Shown here: positions 48,601 through 57,521 of the stretch, piece after piece
Layout of the letters: every line of letters begins with the position of its first letter
Numbering within the stretch: position 1 is the stretch's first letter
Virus record (IMG/VR): IMGVR_UViG_3300017729_000001
Span: 1 to 64,000 of that record
Strand: one strand, 5' to 3'
Source of the DNA: a virus
DNA: 64,000 nt
Made by a program: the position numbers and the translations under genes
The notes under the pieces: model-generated
What the model was told of the DNA's origin: nothing
The model's input: the letters and a program-made list of their open reading frames with translations, nothing else
Database searches by the model: none

Positions 48601-49268
48601 ATGAATGAATCGAAATCTACATTTATCAGTTTAGATATGTTCAATAAGTTTCTCCAACCAACATAATTCTTGACATATAACTTTAAATCATAGGTGTTCT
48701 GGTATTCAGCTTTTTCATCATAGTCAATCGCAACCGAAATAGTTTGTCCATGTACACACTTGACTCCTTTCTTCTTAGCAGAAAGTTGTAATGGAAGTGT
48801 TCCAGCAAGTGTATTCTTTTCGCAAATTCCTACGACATCGTGATTAAAGAAAGAGCATTTATCAATCCACCTAGATGATTCACCTGAACCATTCAATAAT
48901 TCATAGCCAGTGTGAACTCCTAGATTAACGAACTTGAAATCAAATACGCTTTTATACTCTCCAATATTTATGAGGTCATTGAATACAGGCTCATATACGA
49001 CATCTCCAGCCTCATCTCGCTTTTCTTCTAAAGGTGAATAATAGAATTTTGTCCCCCACTTAAAAACCACATGATTCAAATCATCTCTCTCATATAGTAA
49101 TTCATCTTCATCATCACTAATTAGAAATTCAAAATCATCTCCAATTATCTTTCCATCAACTCCCTTTAAATATAACATCTTTCCAAAGCCTGGGACATCA
49201 TAGATATTAGAGTAGTCAAGCTCATAATTTATGCCCCTAGACTTTAGCCATTCATTTAGTTCAATCAT
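45651..49268 (-). CDS. dnaE: DNA polymerase III alpha subunit (family C)
   Basis: PHP-like VHTGYELLNG, ARGSAGGSLVAY, LLFERFLN, LPDIDVD, KEDILG, RPGP, YQEQIM, YGFNRSHS motifs. Confidence 0.96.
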   Translation of the reverse strand: MIELNEWLKSRGINYELDYSNIYDVPGFGKMLYLKGVDGKIIGDDFEFLISDDEDELLYERDDLNHVVFKWGTKFYYSPLEEKRDEAGDVVYEPVFNDLINIGEYKSVFDFKFVNLGVHTGYELLNGSGESSRWIDKCSFFNHDVVGICEKNTLAGTLPLQLSAKKKGVKCVHGQTISVAIDYDEKAEYQNTYDLKLYVKNYVGWRNLLNISKLINVDFDSFIPEEILLEKTEGLICVFPTQGYFNRISGDKKAGIKYIKKYKKLFGNGLYYQIDFSEFDDDKLDLMNLNNLKTYFDNFSKLIKPVVISDAYYIEKQDFGTKDYLNKIDRKAIPYSVDQYFKDADDIVDKIVSMFNSSPDKFDLVIRGLANTRVIADACNYQIDTGNHKLPRFEVDDPEKLYDDLIMKGFQKKVLMKFGDDSEKCAAYLDRVDEENDVIKGAGFIDYFLILWDIVEWAKSQDILVGPARGSAGGSLVAYLLGIIEIDPIQYDLLFERFLNKARVSGERAKSADALPDIDVDFEGKRRQDVKRYIEEKYGKNYVCSIGTYTRLKTKSAIKDFGRVKGLTFNDVNFATREIPDSHNPEWSDIFKSCVGKDSLKKFVQKNIDICEAIKAPLGQPRSGSIHPSAVLIVPKFDGDGNKMEIHDWMPIKMMDGQLVSEWEGKYIDAAGFLKEDILGIAQLDKFKYILKEIEKNKGKKVSLNKIPIDKKDVMRFFKRGWNEDVFQFGTSGLKNYSKKVRPDGIEDLISMNALFRPGPMDSRAHEKFVDIKHGKLEPIYDFKLDKVTENTFGLYIYQEQIMQAVNVLGKLTLAEADELRTAIKKFDHKKMQSAKEKFLKGANENGCPTDEANDIWDKLNAFSAYGFNRSHSAAYSLMGYWCQYLKVKYPLEFWTASLNFADEKIEIPNRLSEIEKIGGDIKVKQPDINKSDIQFTADSDSNAIYWSLTKIKNVGQIAVQNILEEREKNGMFFDLEDFYKRVPKSKVNKRVVQHLIMAGALDEIGDENGCEIGEVKQRMHILLRHCELAGHKYIEGFPSEDKDNNNWFWAIKQRELTGFGYVDFMPMIRKKSSKLKKYPYTTAKDFELNDFREGKPWKPETNGTPLTVAGVVQGIKVNRTKSSGNYRVVITVENNNVLLFLGVFGEIWESMSDDFEELLSKKLLFCINGFALSNKYQKNKNAKGSGNNHLWLNKQSRLIVLNDN

Positions 49269-50527
49269 AATTCACCTAATGGATATACAAGTTCTTCTTT
49301 TAAATCATCGTTCTGGAACTTAGCCGCAAAGAAATTCACAGCCAATGCCGTAATATCTAACGATGGAAAGAACATTGTGAGGTCTCCAATCTCCTTTATT
49401 TTATTAAATCTGAATTCATCCTTGGTTATGATACGTTTTTTATCATCATTCAACAACTCTTTATAATGAAGATACAAATCAAGCAAATCATAAATCAAAG
49501 CAAAATACTTAGAAAACTCATTCAGTGAATCGAAATCTGCTTTGGCCATTCTTTTCCCTGACTTTAAAGTATTGATGATTAAATCTATATATCCATCAAC
49601 CTCGTGTAATCTACCTTCCACGCTTTCCATATTGAACTTCATATCTATATGAGCTGGGTTGTAGCTATCGTACACGTCAGGAATATTATCTCCATCAGAA
49701 GCAAATTGCGTATGCTCATACATATTCATAGCAATTTCATTCTCCGTGTAGAAATGAAGACTTTGAGAGTTGTGAGTTTGTGTTCCTAGCTTTAAGCCTA
49801 AAATATTAGACATAATCTCAGTAATAAAACTAAACTGAAACACATTAGTTGGTAACCCCCAATGTAAGTCATTACTCCTATTCGCTATGGTAGTATGAAA
49901 CTTGCCATCCCTAACTTTAATCATTACAAGGTCATTACATGGTATATCCTTGCTTTTAGTGCCCAAGTCAAGTTCCGTATTCCATATTGACATTACAGCA
50001 CGTCTATCATTTGGGTTTTCGCTTAGCATCTTCAATACTGTTAAAACTTGGTCTTCACCCTCCATCATCTGTTGAATATGGTGTCCTATATGTTCTGGTG
50101 CTCTTGCTTCTTCCTCAAAATTTAATTTACCTTGAACTCCATCAGATGGATGAACATATCCTAATCTTGAATCAACTCCATAATGGCGCAATCTAAAACC
50201 ATATGGCGCATGAAAAACTTTACCATCATCTGAAAACTCTGACATCCTAGAATTAAACTTTTTTAGAAAGTCAACATCACGCTCACCTCTAAATATCCAA
50301 AGTGCTTCAGCCAATAAAAAGAAAATGTTGATATCTCTATTACTTGTGCCTACACATCTAGCATATGGATTTTTTAAAGTGGTCTTGAAATTTAGAACTT
50401 CTTTAGTTGGACCATATCTACTATCCTCACTTTGTCCGTTCTCAATGACGTACTTATTAATTGCTGGGTAAACTTTTGAAAAGATAGGTGCTTTGACACT
50501 ATCATTTAAAATCTGATTTGAACTCAT
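49265..50527 (-). CDS. Thymidylate-synthase-family enzyme, probably dUMP hydroxymethylase
   Basis: SRYGPTKE, AEALW, APYGFR, RRAVMSIW, KDIPCN, RSNDLHWGLPTNVFQF, SLHFY motifs. Confidence 0.75.
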   Translation of the reverse strand: MSSNQILNDSVKAPIFSKVYPAINKYVIENGQSEDSRYGPTKEVLNFKTTLKNPYARCVGTSNRDINIFFLLAEALWIFRGERDVDFLKKFNSRMSEFSDDGKVFHAPYGFRLRHYGVDSRLGYVHPSDGVQGKLNFEEEARAPEHIGHHIQQMMEGEDQVLTVLKMLSENPNDRRAVMSIWNTELDLGTKSKDIPCNDLVMIKVRDGKFHTTIANRSNDLHWGLPTNVFQFSFITEIMSNILGLKLGTQTHNSQSLHFYTENEIAMNMYEHTQFASDGDNIPDVYDSYNPAHIDMKFNMESVEGRLHEVDGYIDLIINTLKSGKRMAKADFDSLNEFSKYFALIYDLLDLYLHYKELLNDDKKRIITKDEFRFNKIKEIGDLTMFFPSLDITALAVNFFAAKFQNDDLKEELVYPLGEL

Positions 50528-50554
50528 AATTATTTCTTTTCTTAATTAACGATG

Positions 50555-50582
50555 AAAAAAAAGGCATCCACTTGGGATGCCC
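50555..50582 (-). terminator. Rho-independent terminator
   Basis: GGCATCC-CAAGT-GGATGCC followed by T8. Confidence 0.8.
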
Positions 50583-50607
50583 TTTACTGCTATTAATAAC
50601 CTCTCTT

Positions 50608-51504
50608 TTATTTTTTCGCAGATTTTGCTTTGGTTGCTTTCGCCTTATTCTCTTTCTTCAAGTCCTCTTCCATCTTGGCTCTGTTCTTGCCTAACTTTTC
50701 ATCTTTCTTAGTCAGGTTGTGAATTACATTATCAAAGGCTTTCTTGTTAGTCTTTAGTGATGAAGCTAGTTCACTTATGCTCATTCCGATTATAAGGATG
50801 TTACCAGACCATGATTTTTTAGTCTCAATGTCCTCTCCAAATAATTCCTGAAGCACTTCTTCATCTTTTACTGAAGATAGGTAAACACGACCTACAACTT
50901 CACCCTCTTTATTCACCTTTGGAGAATCGAATGACAAGAATACTTTTTTGCTATTCTTACCAAGGTATTTTATAGACACACCTCCATTAGCAATAAAGTT
51001 ATATTCAAAGTCAGCACCTAGAACTTTTTTGAGTTCATCGTATCTCGCAGCATCATCTTTATTCTCAAGTGGATTCAAACGCTTAGATGGTTTCTTAGTT
51101 CCTTTCGCTTTCTCTTTTTTCTCTGTAGCTTTCTTGGCTGTAGTTTCAGTTTTCTTCTGAACCTTATCATTTGCCTTTTCTTCTTTCTCAGCAGTATCTT
51201 CAAGGTCATCAACCTCGTCATCAACCTCGTCAGAGTCATCCTCTACTTCTTCAACTTCATCATCTACTTCTTCAACAGCAGCATCTAGTGCCTCATCTGT
51301 ATCGTCATAGATAGCCTCAACCATATCGTACAACTCTTCATAAGTTTCTTCATCGACATCGTCAATTTCCTGTTTGTTTAAGTAAGCAATCATTTTCTTT
51401 CTTGCTTCTTCAACTGTTTTTACTCCCTTAATACTTACTCCATCAAGGTCTTTAATTTGCGCTGTAGTCAGCTTTTCCGTTTTTACTTTTTTTACTGTTG
51501 CCAT
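50608..51504 (-). CDS. Hypothetical protein with acidic and Lys-rich low-complexity regions
   Basis: 298-aa ORF with its own upstream TATCTTTA element and downstream terminator. Confidence 0.65.
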   Translation of the reverse strand: MATVKKVKTEKLTTAQIKDLDGVSIKGVKTVEEARKKMIAYLNKQEIDDVDEETYEELYDMVEAIYDDTDEALDAAVEEVDDEVEEVEDDSDEVDDEVDDLEDTAEKEEKANDKVQKKTETTAKKATEKKEKAKGTKKPSKRLNPLENKDDAARYDELKKVLGADFEYNFIANGGVSIKYLGKNSKKVFLSFDSPKVNKEGEVVGRVYLSSVKDEEVLQELFGEDIETKKSWSGNILIIGMSISELASSLKTNKKAFDNVIHNLTKKDEKLGKNRAKMEEDLKKENKAKATKAKSAKK

Positions 51505-51564
51505 TTTTTAAAATTTAATTTACAATTTAATTATTTTGTTTGTATAAAGATAAACTTTGTAAAT

Positions 51565-52149
51565 TTAGTCAGCGTGAGATAACACTTTGTAAATTTCAGT
51601 TTCTTCCAATAACTCTGGAACTCTGTCTTTAATCTTAGCCAAGTTTCTTTTGATACTATTCTTAGCACTTTTCTTGCTCTTATTTATCTTGTTGATTTTC
51701 GATATTGGAAAACCTTTTAGATATAGCATAAAGAACTTTTTTTCATCCTCAGGAATATCCTGAAGGACATCGGTCATTCCGACCATGAGTTGTTTTTTCT
51801 TAAAGTCAACACTAACATTGAAATCTTCAGTACCATAGTCAAAATTAATATCAGACATGGATACTGTTTTTAGTTCCGCATTAATATCTCGTATGAAATC
51901 TTTCACCTTATTAATCATTACAGTCTTTAAATAAAACTTCAACGGCACAGGTTTCTCTCGCCCAGTCTTTTTATATTGCTTGTATTTTAATAGGTATGAT
52001 TCTAGTGCCGTCCATAATCTGATTTTCAAATCTTGTTCAACATCTTCTTGCGAATATGATATGTGTCCGACATTGAATACTTTTTTAGCATACTGAACTG
52101 CTAGGTATTCGTTTTTAGTGTACAATCTTAAAATCTGCTTTTTTTCCAT
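51565..52149 (-). CDS. Sigma-70/ECF-like phage sigma factor (start moved to MEKKQI)
   Basis: EDVEQDLKIRLW.A...Y, YL..VMINKVKDFIR (region 2); F.LYLKGF.I..I (region 4). Confidence 0.6.
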   Translation of the reverse strand: MEKKQILRLYTKNEYLAVQYAKKVFNVGHISYSQEDVEQDLKIRLWTALESYLLKYKQYKKTGREKPVPLKFYLKTVMINKVKDFIRDINAELKTVSMSDINFDYGTEDFNVSVDFKKKQLMVGMTDVLQDIPEDEKKFFMLYLKGFPISKINKINKSKKSAKNSIKRNLAKIKDRVPELLEETEIYKVLSHAD

Positions 52150-52174
52150 TTTTAAAGTATTTGAGGTTATTAAT

Positions 52175-52209
52175 AAAAAATGCCTCATAGATATTGGATA
52201 TCTTGAGGC
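52175..52209 (-). terminator. Terminator-like hairpin in leader of sigma gene
   Basis: GCCTCAAGATAT-CCA-ATATCTATGAGGC followed by ATTTTTT. Confidence 0.65.
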
Positions 52210-52250
52210 TCACTGTTATTCCATTTTTAAATCTTTTTCCATTTTTAAAC

Positions 52251-52269
52251 AATTTCGTTAAACGAAATT
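52251..52269. promoter_or_regulatory. Perfect 9-1-9 palindrome AATTTCGTT-A-AACGAAATT
   Basis: Intergenic; extends with TTTAAAC/GTTTAAA arms (52244-52277). Confidence 0.5.
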
Positions 52270-52330
52270 AGTTTAAATAAGTTTGTAATCAAAGCATTCC
52301 ACTATGTATTTCAAATTATTTTTTAAAAAT

Positions 52331-52762
52331 CTACAATATTCTGGATATGTCATCTAGCTTGACTTGAACCATCTCGCCAGTCATTAGTTGTATCACAGCT
52401 TTCTTTTCGTCCATATCATACTTCTTTAGCTTACAGCCTTCACCCATGTATGAAAAATCTGCTTCCAACTTATAATAAAAATACCAATCACGCTTTCCTA
52501 ATCTTTTTGGATTGCCGAACTCATTGAAAAAGTTAGTCCTGAAATCAGCTAACTTGTGTTCAGAATCGAAAATGGATATCAAATTGTTCTTCTGTGATAT
52601 GTCCTTGATTTTTTGTTCTTTGAACTCCATCACTTTTCTAAAATAATCTTTGTCTTTAGCAGATGGATATATCTTGCTTCTCAATTCAAAGTAAATGAAC
52701 TCACTCTGTAATACATTAAAGTATTCTAAAATTGAGATGTCTCTGTCTTTCTCCCTATTCAT
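52331..52762 (-). CDS. Hypothetical protein
   Basis: ORF coupled to primase by ATGA overlap. Confidence 0.6.
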   Translation of the reverse strand: MNREKDRDISILEYFNVLQSEFIYFELRSKIYPSAKDKDYFRKVMEFKEQKIKDISQKNNLISIFDSEHKLADFRTNFFNEFGNPKRLGKRDWYFYYKLEADFSYMGEGCKLKKYDMDEKKAVIQLMTGEMVQVKLDDISRIL

Positions 52763-53781
52763 TTCAATAACTTTACAACCTTTTTGTTAAACTCCATAGG
52801 TGTTTTAAGCCTATCGAATATTTCAAAAACTTCTTTTTTATCTGAGTCATTGATGTCTTTATTAAAAGTGAACCCTACTTTGACGTTGAAAAACTCATTC
52901 AACAAGATGCTATATTTTTTCATTTCTTTAATAGCATCATAATCATATATCAAAACAACATTCTCAACACCCTTTGACTGTAACTTTAATACCTGAAATT
53001 TACTTATTTTCTTACCAAATGTTGCTACACATTTAATTTCTTCATCTGAATCTAGTCCTAAATAGTTATCAACACTAATCTTATCAAACAAACCTTCAAC
53101 TATTATTACAGTTTTTGTTTGGTTAGTTATTTCTTCATATCCGAATAGTAAATGACTGAAGTTCACGTTCCTAGCATTATTGTATCTCAGTTTTTTACTT
53201 CCCTTTGGAATGCTTTTAGTGTACCTTGATAAATAGCCTTTACACTCTCCATCCTCTTCAATTAGAAATATAACATAATTTTTTAATGATGGAACTAAAT
53301 TTGTGTAACCAATCTTAAACTTATCAAAATTACCTTTGGTCATCTTTCTCTTTTTCAAGTATTTGTCCGAATTTACACGCTTGAATCCTATCGGTGGTTT
53401 GAACTTTTCGACTTCTAATGACGTAATTTCATTTTCATTTTCATTTTCAAGTTCAGACAATAATGTTACACGACCACGCTCAACACTTTTGAACTCACCA
53501 ATTTTAAACAGCTGACCTAGATGGCTCAGTAATTTTATTATGTTACCCTCTTCACCGCACTTCTTACAATCCCACTGCTGTGAACTCCTATTTATATAAA
53601 AGTGTCTATCTTTAAAGCAATATGGACAACTAGCAATATAATGATTATGTGGGCCAATTATCGGCTTTTCAAGAATGGACTTTAATTCTATGTCGTCAAT
53701 TTTACTATTCTTCATCTTCATCCTGATAGTCCAGAACCAACTTGATAGTTTTCTGGCGGTCATAAAATCTTGCTCTTCCAA
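52759..53781 (-). CDS. dnaG: DNA primase (Zn finger + Toprim; start probably about 53721)
   Basis: CPYC...CKKC, IIVEGLFD, YDYDA motifs. Confidence 0.85.
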   Translation of the reverse strand: MEEQDFMTARKLSSWFWTIRMKMKNSKIDDIELKSILEKPIIGPHNHYIASCPYCFKDRHFYINRSSQQWDCKKCGEEGNIIKLLSHLGQLFKIGEFKSVERGRVTLLSELENENENEITSLEVEKFKPPIGFKRVNSDKYLKKRKMTKGNFDKFKIGYTNLVPSLKNYVIFLIEEDGECKGYLSRYTKSIPKGSKKLRYNNARNVNFSHLLFGYEEITNQTKTVIIVEGLFDKISVDNYLGLDSDEEIKCVATFGKKISKFQVLKLQSKGVENVVLIYDYDAIKEMKKYSILLNEFFNVKVGFTFNKDINDSDKKEVFEIFDRLKTPMEFNKKVVKLLK

Positions 53782-55072
53782 AGTTGGTCACTATGCTTAT
53801 AGTTCTTCCACCTCTATATTCTCTCATCTTATCCTCATATATTCTTAGTAATGGAGCAGGCTCACCTCTCTCATCCTTGTTATTCTCTTCATCGAATGTC
53901 TGATTGAAAGTAAAGTGATAATCAAATGGTCTGATTTTTCCTTTATCTTCAGACAAGAACTCTCTGGTCATAACAAAATTTGGGTCTTTCTTTAACTCAC
54001 TTGGCAAATTAGATGCTTGTGTAGCAGTACAAGTCACCACGTCTTGCTCCATGGCAAGTTCTTTCATAAATCTACCTATTTTCTGTTGCCTAAATCTCTC
54101 TGAAGATGGGCCATATTGATTACCATCGCCAACTTCAAGTAGTTCTAAATAATCAATCACTACCAAATCGAAATCGCCATACAGCTTTTTCATATCAATA
54201 ACGCTATTCCGAATATCATATATGGTAGCATTTCCGAACTTCTCAAAAGCCTCAACATATATCTCTCCACGAACTTTATTCAATACGCTTTTTAATTTTT
54301 TCAACCTACTTCTTTCAATAGTGGCATTTTTAACATCGTGATATAATGCTCCTGTCCAAGATGAATCTAGCCTATCCATTACTTGTCGTTTAGTTCCCTC
54401 AATCTGAAACAACGCCACTCTTCCACCTCTCCTTGCCGTTTGAACCGCATAGTGAATAAGTGCTTGAGACTTACCACGACCTGACTCAGCAGTGAATAAT
54501 ACACACTCACCTGTCTCTGGTCCACCTTTAGTGTGATTATCTAATTCGTCAATCATGAATGGAACTTTGTGTCTTCCTCTATCCTCCAAAGTTCTGATTG
54601 TATTCCTTTCTTCAAAGTCACCGAAAACCTTAGTGAATATTTTGTCTTTGATACTAAAATTAGCTAGTGACTCAGCACCCTTTATAAAAATATCATATGC
54701 TTCTTTTTGCTCACCTCTATTATAACGCTCACCAGCATCCTCAAATAACTCGACAAACTTACTTTCTTTTATGAAATCTTGAAACGCTTTTACCACTTGC
54801 TCTTTATCAGATGAACTATTCTTAACATCTGAGATGAACTCTCGCACTTTTTGTTCTTTACGACACTCAACCTGAATTAGTCCAAGACTTGGTATTTTCT
54901 CATTCAGCGTGTGTAGTTGTACGCATTTCTTCCAAAACTTCTTTTCGTGTTCTAAAACTAAAAATGAATATTTTAAATGTTCCCTTAAAAGTTCAAATAC
55001 AGTTTCATCCTCAAAAGCGCAATGAAATAACTCCAACGTGAACTCACTTGATAATTTATCTTTTTCCTCCAT
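53705..55072 (-). CDS. dnaB: Replicative DNA helicase (DnaB-like)
   Basis: AESGRGKS Walker A, QIEG, VVIDYLELL, TATQAS motifs. Confidence 0.88.
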   Translation of the reverse strand: MEEKDKLSSEFTLELFHCAFEDETVFELLREHLKYSFLVLEHEKKFWKKCVQLHTLNEKIPSLGLIQVECRKEQKVREFISDVKNSSSDKEQVVKAFQDFIKESKFVELFEDAGERYNRGEQKEAYDIFIKGAESLANFSIKDKIFTKVFGDFEERNTIRTLEDRGRHKVPFMIDELDNHTKGGPETGECVLFTAESGRGKSQALIHYAVQTARRGGRVALFQIEGTKRQVMDRLDSSWTGALYHDVKNATIERSRLKKLKSVLNKVRGEIYVEAFEKFGNATIYDIRNSVIDMKKLYGDFDLVVIDYLELLEVGDGNQYGPSSERFRQQKIGRFMKELAMEQDVVTCTATQASNLPSELKKDPNFVMTREFLSEDKGKIRPFDYHFTFNQTFDEENNKDERGEPAPLLRIYEDKMREYRGGRTISIVTNFGRARFYDRQKTIKLVLDYQDEDEE

Positions 55073-55670
55073 AACCTCTTAACCTATAAACGCTGGGCAA
55101 CTGTTCTTTTAACTGTATTTCGCACTTTTTCTTATACTTACAAGTTACACATTTCATAGACTTGTGATTGTACATCGTGGTATTTAAAGTACAGTTGATA
55201 AACCCCTTTGCGCTATTATAAAACATAGCTTTTTCAAACTCTTCAATTTCATTGACTTTCTTCATAGAATTACTCCACCCCTCATTTCTAACCCCATCAA
55301 CTTGGAAATTAATCTTTCTTTTTAAATTCTTACGAACAAGATGGCTCGTTGCTTTCTTATATTTTTCTGACCTACTTGTCCACCTCTTCCAAGCCTTATT
55401 TCCAATTATCCATTCCAGCTGAATACTCGTGCCTTTTCCGTACTTACCATCATGCTCGAACCAGTAATTGAACTGAAATTCCATATATGACCTTAGATAG
55501 TCTTCACCTAGAATAGTTGAGTTGTTGAATTCCTTCACTTTTGAAATAAAACCTTTAGTCATAGTCAATCTAGTTTCAGTCATGTTCATCCTGAATGCTT
55601 CATTACCTGTGATTGCTTTATAGTGATATTTGAACTTATCAACTATCAGTCTGACTTCTTTATTTCTCAT
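55056..55670 (-). CDS. Hypothetical replication-associated protein with C-terminal Cys cluster
   Basis: C..NTT.Y...S.KCVTC..KKKC; located between two helicases. Confidence 0.55.
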   Translation of the reverse strand: MRNKEVRLIVDKFKYHYKAITGNEAFRMNMTETRLTMTKGFISKVKEFNNSTILGEDYLRSYMEFQFNYWFEHDGKYGKGTSIQLEWIIGNKAWKRWTSRSEKYKKATSHLVRKNLKRKINFQVDGVRNEGWSNSMKKVNEIEEFEKAMFYNSAKGFINCTLNTTMYNHKSMKCVTCKYKKKCEIQLKEQLPSVYRLRGYGGKR

Positions 55671-57153
55671 CGAACCATGATTTTATAGTATCTTGGATAT
55701 CAGACATGTCTTCATCTTCATAGCATTCAATTCTTTCATCTCCTACTGTTTCTGAATACACCTCTAGTCTATTAAAACTATGGCCAGAAAAGTATTCTGG
55801 CTCAACATCCATAATATCAATAATCACGGCTTTGTCTTTATTTTCAACTGCTCCTAGAACTCTTCCAGCCTTTTGTATTACATTACTGCCTTCCAATCCT
55901 CCATCGGCCATTATTAGAACTTCAACTTCAGGCAACGTGATACCCTTTTTAAATATATTGCTGGCCAATAATACTTTCCCACGACCTCTCAAAAATCTCT
56001 CTTTTGCTTCATTTCTAGTTTTGGTGTCATCATCTCCAGAAATAAATTGCTTGTGACTTAGTTCTGAAATAAGGTATCCATGTTGCTTTGAATTAAATAG
56101 TACAAGTGTTTTCCACTTATTACTTTTACACATATTTATTAGGTCAAGCAATATTCTGTTTCTATCCTTATTTTCATGAATCAATTTTTTAAGATATTTT
56201 TGGTATTTTTCAGTTCCAACTAAATCTCTGTACTTGTGTACTCTGCTTGAATCATGTTGGTGGCTGATTAATATTACTTTATCAAGTGCTAAGTATCCTT
56301 CATCTTGAAGTCTGGTTTTATCTACGTCATAAGCAATTCCTCCAAAATGACCTTTCATTTTTAAATTAGCCACAACACTTCCTTTTTGTTTAAAAGGTGT
56401 AGCTGATAACCCTAACAGAAATTCCACGTTGGAACACTTTTTTATTAGTTTCATTCTGTTGTCTCCCAAATACTCTTGAACTTCATCGACTATCAAAAAG
56501 GTCAAACTTTTAAAATACTTTTCCAAAGTCTTTGCTTCAGGCTTTTTTCTATTAAATATTGAAGTCACTGTCTGAATCATAGCAATCGACACTTGCTTAA
56601 TATTAACTCCAAAAGAATTTATTGTACCAATATCACTTTCTGGTACATTTAGGTATTTTGATAACTCTTCAACTGTTTGGTCAAACAAATCTGTCGTATC
56701 GACAAAAAAGCATATAGATGAATCTTCCACTTGGTCAATAACGTGCCGAATGATTTCACCAGACACAAAAGTTTTTCCTCCACGTGTAGGAATTACCATC
56801 AATCCGAAATTCTTTTTGAAAAACGCATCCACTCCTTCAGCTTGATGTGGGCGCAAACGTGAATCCAACGAATAGTTGTCAATTATGAATCTTCTAAAAT
56901 CTTGCTCAACAACCTCGTATGATATTCCCATATCTGATAAGTGGAAAACTACTTCATCAAGTATTCCAATATCAATTTTGTTATCTTTAGTGTATAGCTT
57001 AAAATATCCATCCCAAAAGCCTTTCTTGTATTTATCAGAATATTGGGCACCATCTATCCAAATTCTTAGTTTGTCTTTTATTGCTTTTACTTCTTTTGGA
57101 ATTTGCGAATAAAACTGATATTGTTTTGAATTCACCCTTGTTATTAAAATCAT
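55660..57153 (-). CDS. UvsW-like SF2 (DEAD/H-type) helicase
   Basis: LRPHQ, PTRGGKT, VDEVQ, LSATP, GITLP, IQKAGRVL motifs. Confidence 0.88.
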   Translation of the reverse strand: MILITRVNSKQYQFYSQIPKEVKAIKDKLRIWIDGAQYSDKYKKGFWDGYFKLYTKDNKIDIGILDEVVFHLSDMGISYEVVEQDFRRFIIDNYSLDSRLRPHQAEGVDAFFKKNFGLMVIPTRGGKTFVSGEIIRHVIDQVEDSSICFFVDTTDLFDQTVEELSKYLNVPESDIGTINSFGVNIKQVSIAMIQTVTSIFNRKKPEAKTLEKYFKSLTFLIVDEVQEYLGDNRMKLIKKCSNVEFLLGLSATPFKQKGSVVANLKMKGHFGGIAYDVDKTRLQDEGYLALDKVILISHQHDSSRVHKYRDLVGTEKYQKYLKKLIHENKDRNRILLDLINMCKSNKWKTLVLFNSKQHGYLISELSHKQFISGDDDTKTRNEAKERFLRGRGKVLLASNIFKKGITLPEVEVLIMADGGLEGSNVIQKAGRVLGAVENKDKAVIIDIMDVEPEYFSGHSFNRLEVYSETVGDERIECYEDEDMSDIQDTIKSWFDEK

Positions 57154-57464
57154 AAATGTACATCTTTAAAAATATTCAGAAACATAAGTCTCAAAATCAC
57201 AACCCCCTTTCCCCCTTAATGAAAAAGGTCAATAATATATTCATCACATGAAGCTGATAGTGCTCACAAACCCCCTGAGAAAAGAACTCCTATCATTTAA
57301 CTCAACTAACGTAACTCTGAAGTCAGTCAGCAGTTAGTTTATACTTGGTTATTTTATATTTTTAATGTAACCAATTAATCTTGGTTTTTACGATTGTACT
57401 TTTTTAGGTTTGGACTTCCTATTAAAATTAATCTATATCACAAGGACAAAGCAAAAAAGTGGAT
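57154..57464. other. Longest non-coding region; candidate origin or regulatory region
   Basis: About 310 bp without a long ORF; C-runs, a short direct repeat and inverted repeats, upstream of the replication operon. Confidence 0.35.
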
Positions 57465-57496
57465 AAAAAAAGGATGCCCTAGCATTTAGGGCATCC
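57465..57496 (-). terminator. Rho-independent terminator ending the tail operon
   Basis: GGATGCCCTA-AATGC-TAGGGCATCC followed by T7. Confidence 0.85.
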
Positions 57497-57521
57497 AATC
57501 GAAAGTAAAACACAAACGGCA

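Noticed and set aside
45651-49268. Intein or intron in dnaE (also checked terL, dnaB, recA)
   Set aside because: Lengths are ordinary, motifs are contiguous, and no C/S...HN splice junction or LAGLIDADG motif was seen
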